A stretch of 64,000 nucleotides of DNA from Haliotis cracherodii. Its lineage: Eukaryota. This document shows, in pieces, positions 37,096 through 50,909 of this stretch (position 1 is its first letter; every line of letters begins with the position of its first letter). Both the position numbers and the translations under genes were made by a program. The notes below the pieces were generated by a model. It made no database searches. It had not been told where the DNA came from and worked only from the letters and a program-made list of their open reading frames with translations. Location: contig NW_027266264.1 in NCBI RefSeq assembly GCF_022045235.1, positions 62,372,001 through 62,436,000 on the forward strand. The letters run 5' to 3'.

Positions 37096-39379
37096 CGTCA
37101 ACAATACGGGCGCGCAAACTATGATGGTAAGAAGAATCAAGAATAAATTTGCCCCTGGTATAAATTATTTAGAGATACGTCGGTGCTAAAAAGAAATACA
37201 AAATGATTGACATAATATTAAATAACGCCTATGCTACATGACTATCGACAATGTTATCCCGGGGGTTAGGAAGAGGGCAGTTCTGGAAACAGTTATACAT
37301 TTTTAACAGTATCTGGTCAATGTTTCTTTTTTCATTTTTTGTCAGGCTACGAGAGACTGTCACAGACACATTGACAATGGATATCTCGTAGCAGCTCATG
37401 CTCCACATCTGTGTACACCAAGATATTCATACCACAACTCGCTCGATTTTCTGAATTGACCCCTGCCTATCAGAACTTTGCTCCTTGGAACGTCCTGCTA
37501 GCACTGTTTATCACTGTCATTAAGAAACTGATGTTATATTCAAACCGCGTGTGCTTTATATCTCTGGACCTTCAATGATATGCTTTGATATCACATCCAA
37601 ATTTGTGTAGCTGTGAGGTGAAATAGGGTTAACGCGTCGCGTTAATGAGTATTGCTATTATATCGTGGCGTACATGTCAGTGTGTACATGTATGTTGCTG
37701 CTTGAACTTGCCCGGATTGATGAAGGTTTAAACAAATATATTGCTATACCACTGTCATACATATATCATGCCACATTTCAACATGGATATCCCACTCAGG
37801 CTCCGAGCCAATGTATACTCCGAGCCAATCAACCTTTGTTGAAACTCCTTAATGCCGTGCACCAGACAGGTAAACAACAAGTAACATCTGTTACACTCTT
37901 GTGCTCTGGCGCAGCCATGGGATCGAACCACGGACCTGCAAATCTACGGGAAGAAGCCATGTGCCAAATTTGTGTTTGGTTGTTGTTTAGCGCCGCGGTA
38001 TGTCAATAATCGAGCTGTGACCTGGACGATCTACGTATGCATCAACCAAGTCACCATACCTGATCACCCGATCCCGTTAGTGGCCTCTTACGACAAGCAT
38101 TGGCTGCTGAAGGTTCAATGTTAACCCCAATCTCCAACTTTGTGTAGGGGAGTGCGCTGCCTACAGCTATCTTGGGTCATAGTAGTTGAATGTACACGCG
38201 TACGAGGAATATTTAACAGTGCTACATTATTGCAGCCCGCGGTATATCTTAATACCAGTGTTAATTACGCCTTTTCAGGAGAGGAAATATATCTTTCTTT
38301 TATACCAGAAGGACTATCACTCAGTTTAAAACCAGTAAGGGAGGTCCTCGCCTGTATTCAAACAAGAAGAAGTTTAACAATCCTCTATTTTAAACCAACT
38401 GCCACTTTTGCCTATCGCATCGTAGGTATCCCACTATCTCGCCACACGAAGGGTTTACTTTTTCCCAGTAAGACCCCATCCCTGGACTGGGATCTTACTT
38501 TTTAGAAGTAAGACCCGATGAGCTGGGGTAGCAGATGAAATATGGACTTCAAACGTCCAGTGTTATCGAAGAAAGAAACATTTCATTATGAGCACACAGG
38601 AATCGAACCTCCAACCTCACATAGCGTGTTATTGGTTTCCCACTGAGCCACAAGGGCAAGAGATGAAAGGTTGTTCAATGCTACCTGTTATGCTTTACGT
38701 ATTCTCTCACGCCTTGGTCGATTTTTTATACTGCGACACACTGTATTGTTTCACTATAAGATATAACGATGGGGGGGAGGGGGGGGGGGGGGGGGGGGGG
38801 GGGAGGTTAGGGGGAAAGACTCCTCTAGGCTTTGGTTGAAAATGTAAAGACCTCGGGTTTTTCCCTCGCTCACGGTTTTACATTTGCAACCAAAACCAAG
38901 GAGGGGTGATTAATCCTCAACTTATAAGCCCTGTAGAAGCGTCCCTCCCATGAAAACCAGCAGCGGTGTCTCACACTTGAATTGCAATATACCAAATATA
39001 CCATCGACAAAATATATGGGATCTATGATTTAATTGTGTAAGTTCTCGATTGTGGGACAAGGTGGGGTTGCAATAAGACCATGGCATGGCTGGCCTAAAA
39101 GACGACACCCGGAAAAGATCGTTTTATTACATTACTTGTACTAATCAATAGATTCCCATCTGCTCCTGTTATTAATAGAGAATTCCGTGGAATAATAGGA
39201 ACTCGAATTTTAAAGTCTGCCGTTAAAACGTGTAGCCAGCCTGAAAGTAAGGCGTCCTGTAAAGGGTGTGGCCTTAACAACTTACCACAGGCGGTACAGA
39301 TTGGGGTGGAAAATGAGATATAGGTTGTGCGCCAATGTCGTTACACTATGTTACAGGCGAATGAAGGTTTTGCCTCTGA

Positions 39380-39870
39380 TTTACAAATGGAAGAAAACGT
39401 GGCGGCGAGCGGTGTGCCAGGGCAACAATGCTTGACCATGATCGGTTAACTGTCGTTGTTCCTCTCACTAGAATTGTCGACCGATATTTTGAAATGCAAG
39501 GTTGCAAGGTCAGATGGTGACAAACGTTTCCGACGAGAAGGCATACGGACATTGGACCGGCCCGCTACGTTTTCAGACATGTCCCCAACACCTGTGGGAT
39601 GTTCCCGGGCGGAGAGAGTACACCAGAAACCCAACACCCGCCAACGTGGCCCAGCTCAGGATAGTTCTTAGGGCGGAATGTCGGGCAGTACCAATGGCAA
39701 CCATTAGCAAATTAATCAACAGTATGCCATGAAGGTGTCGTGCATGTATTGCCCAACATGAGAAATACCCCAGACTTTTGTCTACAAGCCCGAAATTAAT
39801 TTAAAGACATTTATCGTCAAGACACCTTCACTTTCAATTCATCAGTTGCCTTATTCTTGTCGGAAGTATA
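39380..39870 (+). mobile_element. Tc1-like 3' fragment
   Basis: GIRTLDRPATFSDMSP/HLWDV..PANVAQLR..ISKLINSM. Confidence 0.8.
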
Positions 39871-39874
39871 GTAG

Positions 39875-40160
39875 TCCAGTAGAAGCATCCTTTATTTCTC
39901 AGCCAGTTGGATCATCTTTCATTTTAACCCATTAGGGGCATCACTCACTTCAATACACGTACGAGCAAATTCCTTTTAAAACTACTCTCACTTTTAAGCC
40001 AGCAGGACCATCCCTTATATTAAAACAAATAGAGGCGGCCCTCATTTGAAAATCAATATGGACGACCGTCAAGTTAAAAACAGTAGCATAGGAGGATATT
40101 CATTACAAAAGCAGTTACTTTTTCTGCGCCCTTGCTTAAACCAGAAGGAGCGTCCTTCAC
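39875..40160. repeat. Degenerate ~28-bp minisatellite
   Basis: Recurring aagccag(t/c)agga(g/c)catccct(c/t)a.ttt variants. Confidence 0.4.
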
Positions 40161-40544
40161 AAAGTAGCGTCTCTTATATTCCGAGTGATGAGTGTTGATT
40201 GATATACTTAGCAATCGGCAACAATACTCCACCTACATGTATATCACGGATGCGGTACGTCGTCTTTTTGGGATGGATCAGATATAGAACATTCAGTAAT
40301 TGATAGCATTTCAAAACAAGTTTGTGACATATTCGTAAAATCCATACATCACGCATGTCTGGTCAAACACGTCAGATCGAAAGTCCGAACAACGAACGAA
40401 AAATGAGTACGTATACACAGTGTCCCAGTGAAATTAATATAATTATAACTTGGCTTTCTTGTGGCACTACTAGTGAGATACATCGAACTCATTCTGCATA
40501 AAGTTCACGTATTTTACCCAAGAATGAATTAAAAAATATATGGG

Positions 40545-40733
40545 CGAGAGAGTAAGTTGGCTTTAACGCCGATTTGAAACAGTATTCTAGTTATATCACG
40601 GCGCGTAAGCTTAATGTGGGAGGAAGGACAGAGCACGGGTATGGTGCTCTAAAAACTAGAAACATAATCAGGACGAACCGGGACTGGACAACGAATTGTC
40701 GGCGCCTTAGACGACTGGGCGACCCATGCCCCA
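40545..40733 (-). mobile_element. SINE family 1, internally deleted
   Basis: Tail, ggtatggtgct..ctagaaac, head ggcgccttagacgactgggc. Confidence 0.75.
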
Positions 40734-41530
40734 TAAACCTATTTGTAAGTATCTAATTGTGTCCAGTGTTACAGTCACTTATGGGCCGTAAGTTGGAGTG
40801 CCCTCGGTTTCTGGCAATACTGGAACAACAAATCACCCAGTCGCTACTGAGACAGATATCCTTGGAACAGGGAAGTTTATTTTGACAGGATTACCAGGCA
40901 CTTCTGACTAGTCTCCGTTTCACAGACAAACATCGGATGTTGATGGACGTATACTGTCCAAGCCAAGAACTCTTCAAAGAGAAGAAGATCATTATAAACG
41001 GAGAGAACCAGAAATTGACCATTTCCTGAGAGTGGAAACGCTCGCTGTCTTGCAGTAAAATTTCGTTTCTTTTATTGACAAGCCCTTTTGTCACCAAAAG
41101 TAGTATAAATGTTCGGTTCAACAAGACCGCGTGACCGATCAGAAATATTTCCAGTCGTCGTATTTTCTAAAAATAGACGTTATGTCCTGTTTCCGTTGAT
41201 ACCAACGATTGATTAATATTGCCGAACTCTTGATTGTCCTTGTGAGTGAATTTGGAAAAAAATGTAAATTCTCAGTGTTTTCCTTCATTCCTTATTCGTT
41301 ATAATTTATGGTTAAGTGGTTTATTGTTATGTCATTTGCATCATGATAATGTATGCTACAGGTAAATGTAGAATACTAAGACAAAACGTCACAAGATGAG
41401 TTATTTTCATAATCAATTTTATTTATATTGGAATAGCAGTCATGTGTTTTTGAAATTACTTGTTTATTACATGACATGTTACATGTTACGCTGATTCGAA
41501 AAATATTATCAATAGTTTAGAACAACACGA

Positions 41531-41672
41531 GTGAGTGAGTGAGTGAGTGGGTGAGTACGGTTTTACACCGCTTTTAGCAATATTCCAACAATATCACGGC
41601 GGGGGACACCAGAAATGGGCTTCACTCATTGTACCCATGTCGGGATTCGAACCCGGGTCTTCGGCGTGACGT
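41531..41672 (-). mobile_element. SINE family 2, 5'-truncated
   Basis: TSD aacaacacga; (GTGA)n tail. Confidence 0.9.
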
Positions 41673-41899
41673 ACAACAACACGAACATCTCAGGAAGGAC
41701 ATCTTTCAGGTCAGAAATACATCGTAAAAAAGTATAACAGTGCCACTTTCCAAAACTGACTAATTCATTAACACCATCTAAATACTCTTGGCATTATATC
41801 TTAAAGAATCGCTTTCCATCTGGGACCACCAAATGCAAACATTAAATCAATCCCAACACGAAACTAAATATACAATCCGGATCCTGTGAAATAACTTGC

Positions 41900-42340
41900 T
41901 TTAATTACGGGCAAATGCTTATTCTGCATTTCGAGACACATGTTTGGAATAGCTTCACGTGCCTTACCAGGAGTAATTCTGCCCATGGCATGTCCATGGA
42001 CGTGATTGTAATAATCGTTGATGTCCTCTGTGTGTCGCAGAAGTTGCATGGATTGTTAGGTCCAACGTATTTCCTGGAGTTCAGCAATCCGATTAATCCT
42101 GAGTGAAGAATAGCATGCCGATAACGTCATCCCTTGGGCTGAGCGATATGGAAGAAGCATCGACTGTTTAAACACACCCGAGGTGCATCTCAATGGGAAT
42201 ATGGCATTTGGAACTAGGATTCGTTAAGCGTTGATTACAAAACTATTGAAGAACCTTGTTTCTCTCGACGCTGTTGCTATCATTGGATGTTGGTAGTCCT
42301 AACCCAAAGATTATACTGTGAAGATAAATTGATGAGTTAA
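41900..42340 (+). pseudogene. C-type lectin domain pseudogene
   Basis: TGKC/LILHFETHVWNS; LGLSDMEEA/LFKHTRG..EYGIWN*..EEPCF..YHW..LYCE follows the CTL motif order GLSD-FKW-DG-Y-W-C-W-CE. Confidence 0.55.
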
Positions 42341-43044
42341 CAAATTGTATGAAAATCTGATAACGTTTACGATCAACTTGTGATTTTTATAAAGTGCTTT
42401 CTCTGTTTCCCAAACGTATTGTGTAAATATTCCTTTATTCCATACAGGAAGCTTGTAAACACGGTGTCGTGCATGTAGCTTGATAGTACATGCAGCTGCA
42501 ATTATTGTATCTTCTCTTTCGCTGCTCTTTAAGAATTGTTGCTCAAATATACATGTATGTCACTGAGACGATACCTTTACTCAGTATACAATGTGTAGAA
42601 GTCTTTACATACATGCGTATAACAAAAGTATCTTCAGTTGACTAACTGTAATAATTATCTTGGATTATTTGTGTCTCAGGTTGTACACTGATTGAACAAG
42701 ACCAATTCTATTAATTATTGAATTTGGCTTTTTCGTCAAATATTGCTTAAAGAGAAATTGCTTGTTAAATGTCACATAACATTCTATGTTGTAGATTTAT
42801 CTACATTTCCAAACCATATGCTATATAGTAGAATAAAAAGACTCTTCCGTTTGCTTATATTTTGTCTCAATTTCAAATTATTCTTTAAATTTTGTACTAA
42901 TGCCAAGATTCGGAAAAAAACACACCCAGTGCATTAACAAAAGGGCCATGGATCGGAGCTGTGCGGACTGCACCCGCAGCAGCACTATGAACGGTATTAA
43001 AGTTCAGGGTTTTTGATTGCCTGGCATCTGCGTCAATCGAACGA

Positions 43045-43875
43045 TGACAGTTCAACAAGATTAACAGAAGTGCAAAGAAACAACGTCATAGGCCGCTTGC
43101 AGATCAGCCGTAGCCAGGGTTTTAAAATGTAGTGGCCAGCAACATCACAGGGCTGTGGGATCGGTTTCATGGGTGAACACGTAATCGGCGAAGGTCGGGA
43201 CGATCAAGAGTACCCCCCCCCCCCCCCCCCCCCCCAGCACAAGATAGCAACATCCGACTGCGCAACCTACGTTAAAGGACGACCACAGCCACCCCAACCG
43301 CATCCCAAATACCCGGACTGCGCAGAATCTCCGACCAGACCGTACGAAACCGTTTAAGAGCAGCAGGTCTACGAGCAGGAAGTTCGACGCGTCATATTGA
43401 GTCCACAACATCGTCAACAACGACTGCATTGGTGTCGTCAACACATGGTATGTCTTCAACTGCGTTGGAGAAATTTCTGGTTCGGCGACGAATCAAGATT
43501 TCTATTCCGTCGAGGGGATGGAAGAGCGCGGGTCTACAGACGTCTGGGAGAACGTTACGACGGAAACTACGTACAGGAAGTGGACAGGTTTGATGGGAGT
43601 AGCGTTATGATGTGGGCGGATATCACTCATCATGACAGGTTTGGTCCATATCCAAGACAATCTTACGGCTCAACAATACATCAACGAATCTCTACTACCA
43701 CTCATCCTCCCAATTGCTACGCCGACGTCAACCACAACCCCAGACGTTGCAGAAGTTGTTTTTTGCGTTGCAGGTCGAGTGGGCTACCATTCCCCAGGAT
43801 GTGATTCGCATACTCTTCCATAGGCAGGATATGTCAGGCCGCTATCGATTCAAACGGGGGACGTACGCGTTATTG
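43045..43875 (+). mobile_element. Tc1-like transposon, degenerate
   Basis: RLTEVQRNNVIGRLQ; WRNFWFGDESRF..DGRARVYRR.GERY..SVMMW; PQTLQKLFFALQVEWATIPQ; poly-C expansion at ~43213. Confidence 0.9.
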
Positions 43876-44380
43876 ATGGTAGCTGACCTTCACCTTGGAC
43901 CTTTCCTATGTACCGATAACTGAGATGACTACAATCACCAAGGGTTCTCTCCACAACATGTTGGCTCAATACCTTGTACGGTTCCTCGTATAAATGAATT
44001 TTCCTACCTCACACAAATCTTGCTGTGCGTTTCTTGTTTTGAAAAGAATACATTTCGGATGCTAGTCGTGTCACTGATTGGTGTTTGATTGTTCAGGTTT
44101 ACCCAGGTATTTATTATCTTCTTCCTGTATACTTTCAGTACATATAATGGTGTCTTCTGAGAACTGCTAATACACGATACACGGTACACGATATTGACCA
44201 TTCTTCAAAGAAATGTAAGTAATTGCTTTGATATTTTGGTACATTAAGCTCATCTCCAGGCCAGTCTCTTTGACTGTCGGTGTCGAGTATATATCAGATA
44301 TATTCTCAATGTTTTAAAGGTTATCCGACAACAAGCGGATGAAGAGGAGGAAGGTTATGATTTGTGCATCATGCAGGGCC

Positions 44381-44382
<2 letters not shown>

Positions 44383-44436
<54 letters not shown>
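44383..44436. repeat. (GATA)n microsatellite
   Basis: Directly visible. Confidence 0.97.
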
Positions 44437-44769
44437 TCCTTTGGTTTTTTCTGGGCTACAAAAACAAAATCCCCGATATGTATTTTTGTACAAAAATCAA
44501 AGTCACATTCTCGTTTCATAACATTGAATCTATTTGTTTAATGCCTTCATTTACCGTCCTAGGATGTAGTCTTGAACCACGGAAAACGCATTAGCGATTA
44601 TTTTTTATGTCTATTTAGAGTCCATCAAGTAGCCATTCAGTGCACATAAGCCATACTGTTTAGATTATAGTTCAATTACTGTCATAAATCCAATCGTTTT
44701 GTATAATGTTATTAACTTTAAAAACATCATCTTCATGTTTGAGCTCATTATTTTACGTTTGAGACCAGA

Positions 44770-45190
44770 TTAATAGTGATTGTGCATGTATCGCTGATAG
44801 TGAGTGAGTGACTATTGTTTAACGCCGCATCAGCAATTTTGCAGCTATTCGCGGCGACTATCGCTGATAGAAAAGATTGTGTTTAAATGTTTAATTCCAT
44901 CTCATGATCACTCTCAAAAGTTTACCTGACTGTAAAAGGAATTCATGTCTGATTGAGCTAAAGGATCCCAATGTTTACCTGACATCAAATAGTACACAAC
45001 TTGTTTTGTGGTTAGGGAGCCTTTTTGTCTCCATATATGGATCCTCACTGACAAACGAATATTTTGTACGTGTGTGGCAATGTCCCGATTGGACACTGAT
45101 ACACGCAGCAGCCCTATCCTTTATCAGTTCATCCAGAATTGGAGGGATTATCTAAAGATCTTTACGCCCTACATGAAGGCATTGTACTAA
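44770..45190 (+). pseudogene. C-type lectin (perlucin-like) domain pseudogene with SINE-tail insertion
   Basis: RKDCV*MF..DCKRNSCLIELKD..LVLWLG/HIWILTDKRI..TCVAM..QNWRDY; 58-bp SINE tail at 44801-44858 with TSD tatcgctgatag. Confidence 0.55.
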
Positions 45191-46049
45191 GCGGCTTAAT
45201 ATTTAATGTCGATAAGGGAGTTAATAAATCTCGAGACGAATTAATTTACTTGAATTCCAAAAAGAATGAATATCGAATATAGTTCTGTCGTTTCTATGTC
45301 TGTGCTAAGCTAGCATGACCGTATTGACTGCTTCAGGTGTTTAACAACACTGCAGTGCTTGAATAGGCAGTAGTTCACTGTGACCTATTCACCTATTCGC
45401 TGGGCCCCGCCTTGGGAGAATATTTAATTGGAAAAACATCCAGCTGGCGCATTTCTGTGTCAATCGGGTAGCTTAAATATCCTGAAGAATGAATGATATT
45501 GATAGTGAAGAATTAACGTCCTGAATCAAGAACCTAGGGTAAACAAATGTTAGTTCAAACCAAACTAGACCCTATTTCACAAAGAAATTTCTGTTAAACC
45601 TACAGATAAACATGTACAACCACGGAGGGCAGATGTTCAAATAAGGTATAATCAATTGTGTGGCTCAAAACAAAACAAGAGTTCGTTGAGCAATCATCTA
45701 ATACTTCAGGCGGCTGAAGTGATCATCACAGTCAAGCTATTAGTTTTTCGCTGTGCAGAGTTTCGTCTCCAGGAACCTCCCACGCCGGGATTATGTTTCT
45801 CTGTTTGTTCGCATCATACCAGTTCTCGTGGGTTTCACCAAAGTGGTAAAGGTCTGAGATCATTTCGGACTTCTCCAGCAAGCTCATTCGCCATGGTATA
45901 GCCTGAAATAAGGGTTCAAAGTAGCGTTATACTAAATTCCCTCACTCTTGGCTTTCATCTGTTGTCATATTCAGTAAATCACCAACGACGACAGGAGACT
46001 CCTGACAAATTTAACTTGTGGCCAGTTAAACACATTGAACATTGTCATT

Positions 46050-46340
46050 TTGTCATGTTACAATTCTTGAAACGGATAGACGACGAAATTTCAACAGGGG
46101 CCTTTTGCATGGGAGGACCTTTGTGGGAGGACATGTTTTAGAGTATTCTTTGTAGCACTGATTCATGTGTCTAGGTTTATTTTGACCCCTTGCTACAACT
46201 TTGTACCACCCTGTTTCTGTTATATTTAACCCAGATATGAGAACACCTTTTGCTTTATCCCGTTGATGTTGTTTATTCATTGAGACATAAATTGGAGAAA
46301 CACCAAGTGGGATAATCCTTTTCGTAATGGTAATCGTTAT
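46050..46340 (-). pseudogene. CTL-like remnant, minus strand
   Basis: KGLSHLVFL/ISGLNITETGWY..GQNKP..NQC..VLPCKR. Confidence 0.35.
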
Positions 46341-46737
46341 TTGGAATGTTTCGTTTCACGCTTAATATTCAAATCGGTGTTATAGCTTTTAATGAAATTA
46401 TGTTTGATATTTCACCTGGGCCAAATTCCGATTTCTAGTGTTGATGTCTACCTTGAATAAGAGGACTATAAAATTGAAGCATCGTCTGTGACATAATAAT
46501 TAGTTAATGCTAGTTAGATTAAGATCATAAGGCTTACAATGACCTGCACCAGCTAGGACTATCATAATGCTCACGTATGGATTCTATTTCACGTGATATG
46601 AGTCAAGTGAAGAATAATGTTTATCCTCAGTGTACCCCTCACGAGAGCCTTAACGAAAGCTTCATTCCTTGACTCATGGTACATTTGTCACTAAACGTGC
46701 TGACCATAGATATAGTTGCATCTCTTCAAAGGTTCAG

Positions 46738-46906
46738 GTGCAGTCGGGTAGCCTAGTGGTTTAAGTGTTTGCTCGTCACGCCGAAGACCCGGGTTCGATT
46801 CCCGACATGGGTAAAATGTGTGAAGCCCATTTCTTGTGTCCCCCTGCCATGATATTGCTGGAATATTGCTAAATGCGGCGTAAAACCGTACTCACTCACT
46901 CACTCA
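46738..46906 (+). mobile_element. SINE family 2, full length
   Basis: TSD ttcaaaggttcag. Confidence 0.93.
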
Positions 46907-46975
46907 TTCAAAGGTTCAGACAGATATAAGAAATGAAAGTAAATGTCATTTGAAGATTACTGAGGAAACAGTATG

Positions 46976-46977
<2 letters not shown>

Positions 46978-47016
<39 letters not shown>
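46978..47016. repeat. (GAT)n microsatellite
   Basis: Directly visible; explains the poly-Asp ORF. Confidence 0.97.
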
Positions 47017-48611
47017 GGATATCCTTCAGCAATAGTCATGTAGCTAGAAATAAAAGAAACATAATATGTTCCCATGACTGTTTAGGTGAACATTTGACTT
47101 GTCGTGTTTGTGACGGTTGCCACCAGTGGGGCTCACCTTTTCGCGAACGCCTGGTCCTGCTATCAGCACTAATTGATTGTGACATACACACATGCTTATG
47201 ATGCATCGGACTCTGCTTTTAGCAACGATTTCTTATAATTATGGAATTTGTTTGTTGCCTTTTTAGCCATTAGGACCTGAGACTCCGTTGCTGACGGATA
47301 TGTCACCACAATGATAAGGTACATGGGTCATTATTTTCATATTTAGATGCATTATGCATAAAAACTAGGTTCGAGGCTCAAGGTAATTTGGGGATTCCAG
47401 GTCAGAACAAAAAACATCACATGCTTGATGTTAACGCCCACTTCAAGGTGACCTTGCTGATCGTGTCATATGTATAAACTACCTTGACGGCAGAGAGCGT
47501 TTCTCTTGCTACACCAACCACTATTTAATCATGTCCGAAAATGAATTTTTATAGGCTGTAATATTGCTGACTGCGGTCTACAATTCTATATTTGCAGTAT
47601 TAACGAATACTATCATGAATAACTTTTGATAAACCATCTGTGTATCACGAGGTGAGAATGTACATGCCAAATAATATTGTCACAACCTAAAGCTTACTCT
47701 GTAATGTAGTATAGAGTACTGTCCTCCGACATGATGCAAATTATTTTCACTTTATACTTTTTAGACTTTTCACGTTTGGGTTTGCAGTTTTGTAATATAA
47801 GCCATTCGGCTTAATAACACTTATTTGCATGCTGGTACAAGTATCAAAAGGAAATGGCGTTCATAAAAATATAAAGGGTACCATATACTATATCATAAGA
47901 GGATACAAAAAGTATCGTAAAGAAAAGTTAACTGTTGTCTTGTCATTTAATTAGTGATACAAAATAATAGCTATTATGAAAAATGATCCTCAATGAACAT
48001 GAGGAGACTTCGTTACACTTGTCTTTGTAGATGAAAGTGCATACACTTGATTACGATACAGCTATGACCTACGTCCCTTTGGGCTTATTAAGCTATATAT
48101 CGTAAACCTGAAATACTGTTCAAAGCACCGTTAAGACCAAACCCACTCTCTAATCGATGAATCCATTGTCGTCAACGGTGTAGTTTTTAGCCAGTTGTTG
48201 AAGCAATTCTGGCTTTGTCGATTGTTATTCATTTCTTGCAAAAGCATCCAACGTACAGAATTGTATTGTCCAACAAACAACGCTGTATCCGACTTAACGA
48301 TTATTTAGCCCGCGGGCGCTCGTCAAATCGTATTTATGCCCAACTGCGGATAAAGACACCGTTATTAGAAACAATACACTGAAATGGACACTGACACTGA
48401 TATTTTCCAGTTGGATGTTCATACTCCCCCATCCCCAACCTCCGTCATAATGCCATAATGGATATGGAATAAATGTTTGAAATGTTTATGTGGTAATATT
48501 TTTACACGTTGTTGTCGAGGTACTGTTGGTGCAGATCATGCGTGTATATTGTTCAGTTAGCAGGTATTCATGCAAATAGACATGTAATAAAATGTAATGA
48601 ATGCATCACAG

Positions 48612-49225
48612 CTTGTTTCCTCATTTCGTGTAATCTTGCCCGGTAGCGTGGACCGTTGTTATTGTTTTGGTCCATTATTTTCATGCCGTCCTGATACTTC
48701 TGAAATAATCTGACAGCGGCAACATGCACTTGCTCACTCGCTACAATTGTTTTATCAGAGGTCCCAGCAGATGAAACTATGTTCACTTCTGATGTGCGAT
48801 TAGAGATTCTACCATTCCGATTTCAAAATCCTGCTCTTTCATCAGTTCGCCGAGTGTTTAAAATTCACCATTGAACAGAAAATGTTTATTTGTAAATCTA
48901 CCACTTCAGGTTAAGAGCACACATATGTCAAACAAAGAACATAATCAGAGCTAATATAGTATTCGAATCCACGTTCAAAGGATTCTGGCTCAGCGGCTAA
49001 TTGGACGACTTGACCATGCGTATCCCGTCTGGAAACTTCGGTTTGACAAAACAATTTCCTCCTCAGTGTATTCAATATGTTTGACATACTGTATTGAACC
49101 AGAATCAGTTGTTGTATGTCTGCAGTTTCGGTTGCATCAGCGTGAGAAGCAACAGTTTCCGTGATCAATTTCCCCTCAGAGTAGTCTGCACTCAGATAAA
49201 TAGCTTCAATTTCATTTCATGGTTA
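48612..49225 (+). pseudogene. C-type lectin pseudogene
   Basis: Acceptor catcacag; C/SSFRVILPGSVDRCYCF..SEII*QRQH (Cys to TGA); KGFWLSG*/YPVWK..EPESVVVCLQF/FRD..CT..NFI. Confidence 0.55.
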
Positions 49226-49499
49226 TTAGTTTTATTAACAGTACGTTTACAGTGTTATGCACATACAGAGTATCGCATTCCGAGTGGTATAAAAGCATTG
49301 TAATGACCTCACAACTTACCAGAGCACTTCTTTACGAACATATCATTTTCCTCTTTATTAGATTTAATCAGTCATTCAGATGCCCTCACGGGTTTGGACA
49401 GCACCAATGGTATTACCAAATGTCCATTGGTAAGAACATGTGCATTTGTATACTTATACACTTATGTTCATATGCTTGCCATTTTCCCCGGTCACATGA

Positions 49500-49666
49500 G
49501 GGGCGGTGAAGTAGCCTAGTGGTTAAAGCGTTCGCTTGTCACGCAGAAGACCCGTGTTCGATTCCCCTCATGGGTACAATGTGTGAAGCCCATTTCTGGT
49601 TGTCCCCCGTCGTGATATTACTGGAATGTTGCTACAAGCGGCGTAAAACAACACTCACTCACTCAC
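49500..49666 (+). mobile_element. SINE family 2, full length
   Basis: 15-bp TSD tccccggtcacatga (49485-49499, 49667-49681). Confidence 0.93.
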
Positions 49667-50742
49667 TCCCCGGTCACATGAAGGCTGCGTATGACATGAG
49701 ATGCAATATTTACGTTCACACTGTCCACGATGCAATAAATCCTACCCAGGCTCTGGTAAAGTTTTCTTTCTAACATGCTATAGAATATGGAAATTGGCAT
49801 ATGCATATTTATTGCCAGCTAAGAATTAGTTTGGATGTCTCAGCATGGAACATTACTGTTATTTATACCACAACGTGTCAGCTTAAGTGTTTCAGGTCGT
49901 CGACGTTTACCCCTTTAAGAGTGTATATATTAATGTTAGCAGGCTGAGATCACTTACAATCAGTAAAGACGACACATTTTCACTCTATATGAGAACATCA
50001 TTCAGCATACCATATATGCCAGTCATGATATACGTTTATGATCACCGCGGTAGTATTAAAAACACGATACCTTCAACATCAAGATAGAACTGGCCTCATA
50101 AAGGATAGTGTAGACACTAATTGTTCACAGGGCTTGGGTTTTTTCACTAATTGGTGCTTGCTCCTTTTTAATTATCGTTGTCATAAAATAACTATTATTA
50201 TTATTATTATCCGATAAACATTACATGCATGTGCCTTGACCTAGTAACAAAGGGGATCAACTGAAATAGCTTATAGCGTTGTTTGAAAGGTGCACAGCCT
50301 TATATTTCTGCTTTCCAGAATAGCGGTATTGCTACGTCAAAATGATTGTTCGAACTTAAAGATATCATAACTATATGTACATGTATGCATATAAGACAAA
50401 GCTAACATGAATATACTTGGCCATCATTTCCAGATAAAACGGTATATGGAAGAAGAAGATTAACATCTACGACAAACTACGGATAATCGAGACTGGTTAT
50501 TTTCTGGAGAAAGAATATACGCTCGTCAAGTAACAAAAATGGCGCTTTGCGAAACGAACAGTCTCGATTGACGAGTTAAATGAGAGATTTACAGTTTGTA
50601 AGGAAACATTTTAGAGAGAATAACAAACAGCAAGAAGTGATATTAACTCCATAAATGACCATCTGTCATTAGTTTGCCTTGTCAAAGTGGAACGAACGTA
50701 AAAGGAACATTAGTCAACAGTTTGTGTACGGGCTAGTCACTT

Positions 50743-50909
50743 AATATTCCAGCAATATCGCGGCGGAGGACACCAGAAATTGGCTTCATACATTTTGTCC
50801 ATGTGGGGAATCTAACCCGAGTCTTCAGCGTGACGAGCGAACTCTTTATCCACTAGGCTAACCCTCTTAAATATTGCTAAAAGCGGCGTAAAACCATTCT
50901 CACTCGCTC
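50743..50909. mobile_element. SINE family 2 with inverted 5' portion
   Basis: Head and body on the minus strand (50743-50863), tail on the plus strand (50869-50909); both breakpoints at AATATT. Confidence 0.85.

Noticed and set aside
40880-41200. Possible coding or transposase remnant
   Set aside because: Multiple stops and no motif I can assign with confidence.
46950-47201. Poly-Asp ORF as an acidic shell-matrix protein
   Set aside because: It comes from a (GAT)n microsatellite followed by an interspersed repeat, with no ATG start or signal peptide.
12712-48713. TGA at expected Cys/Trp positions (12712, 18128, 48711) as possible selenocysteine or recoding
   Set aside because: The same segments contain TAA/TAG and frameshifts, and TGY/TGG to TGA is a single-step decay mutation.
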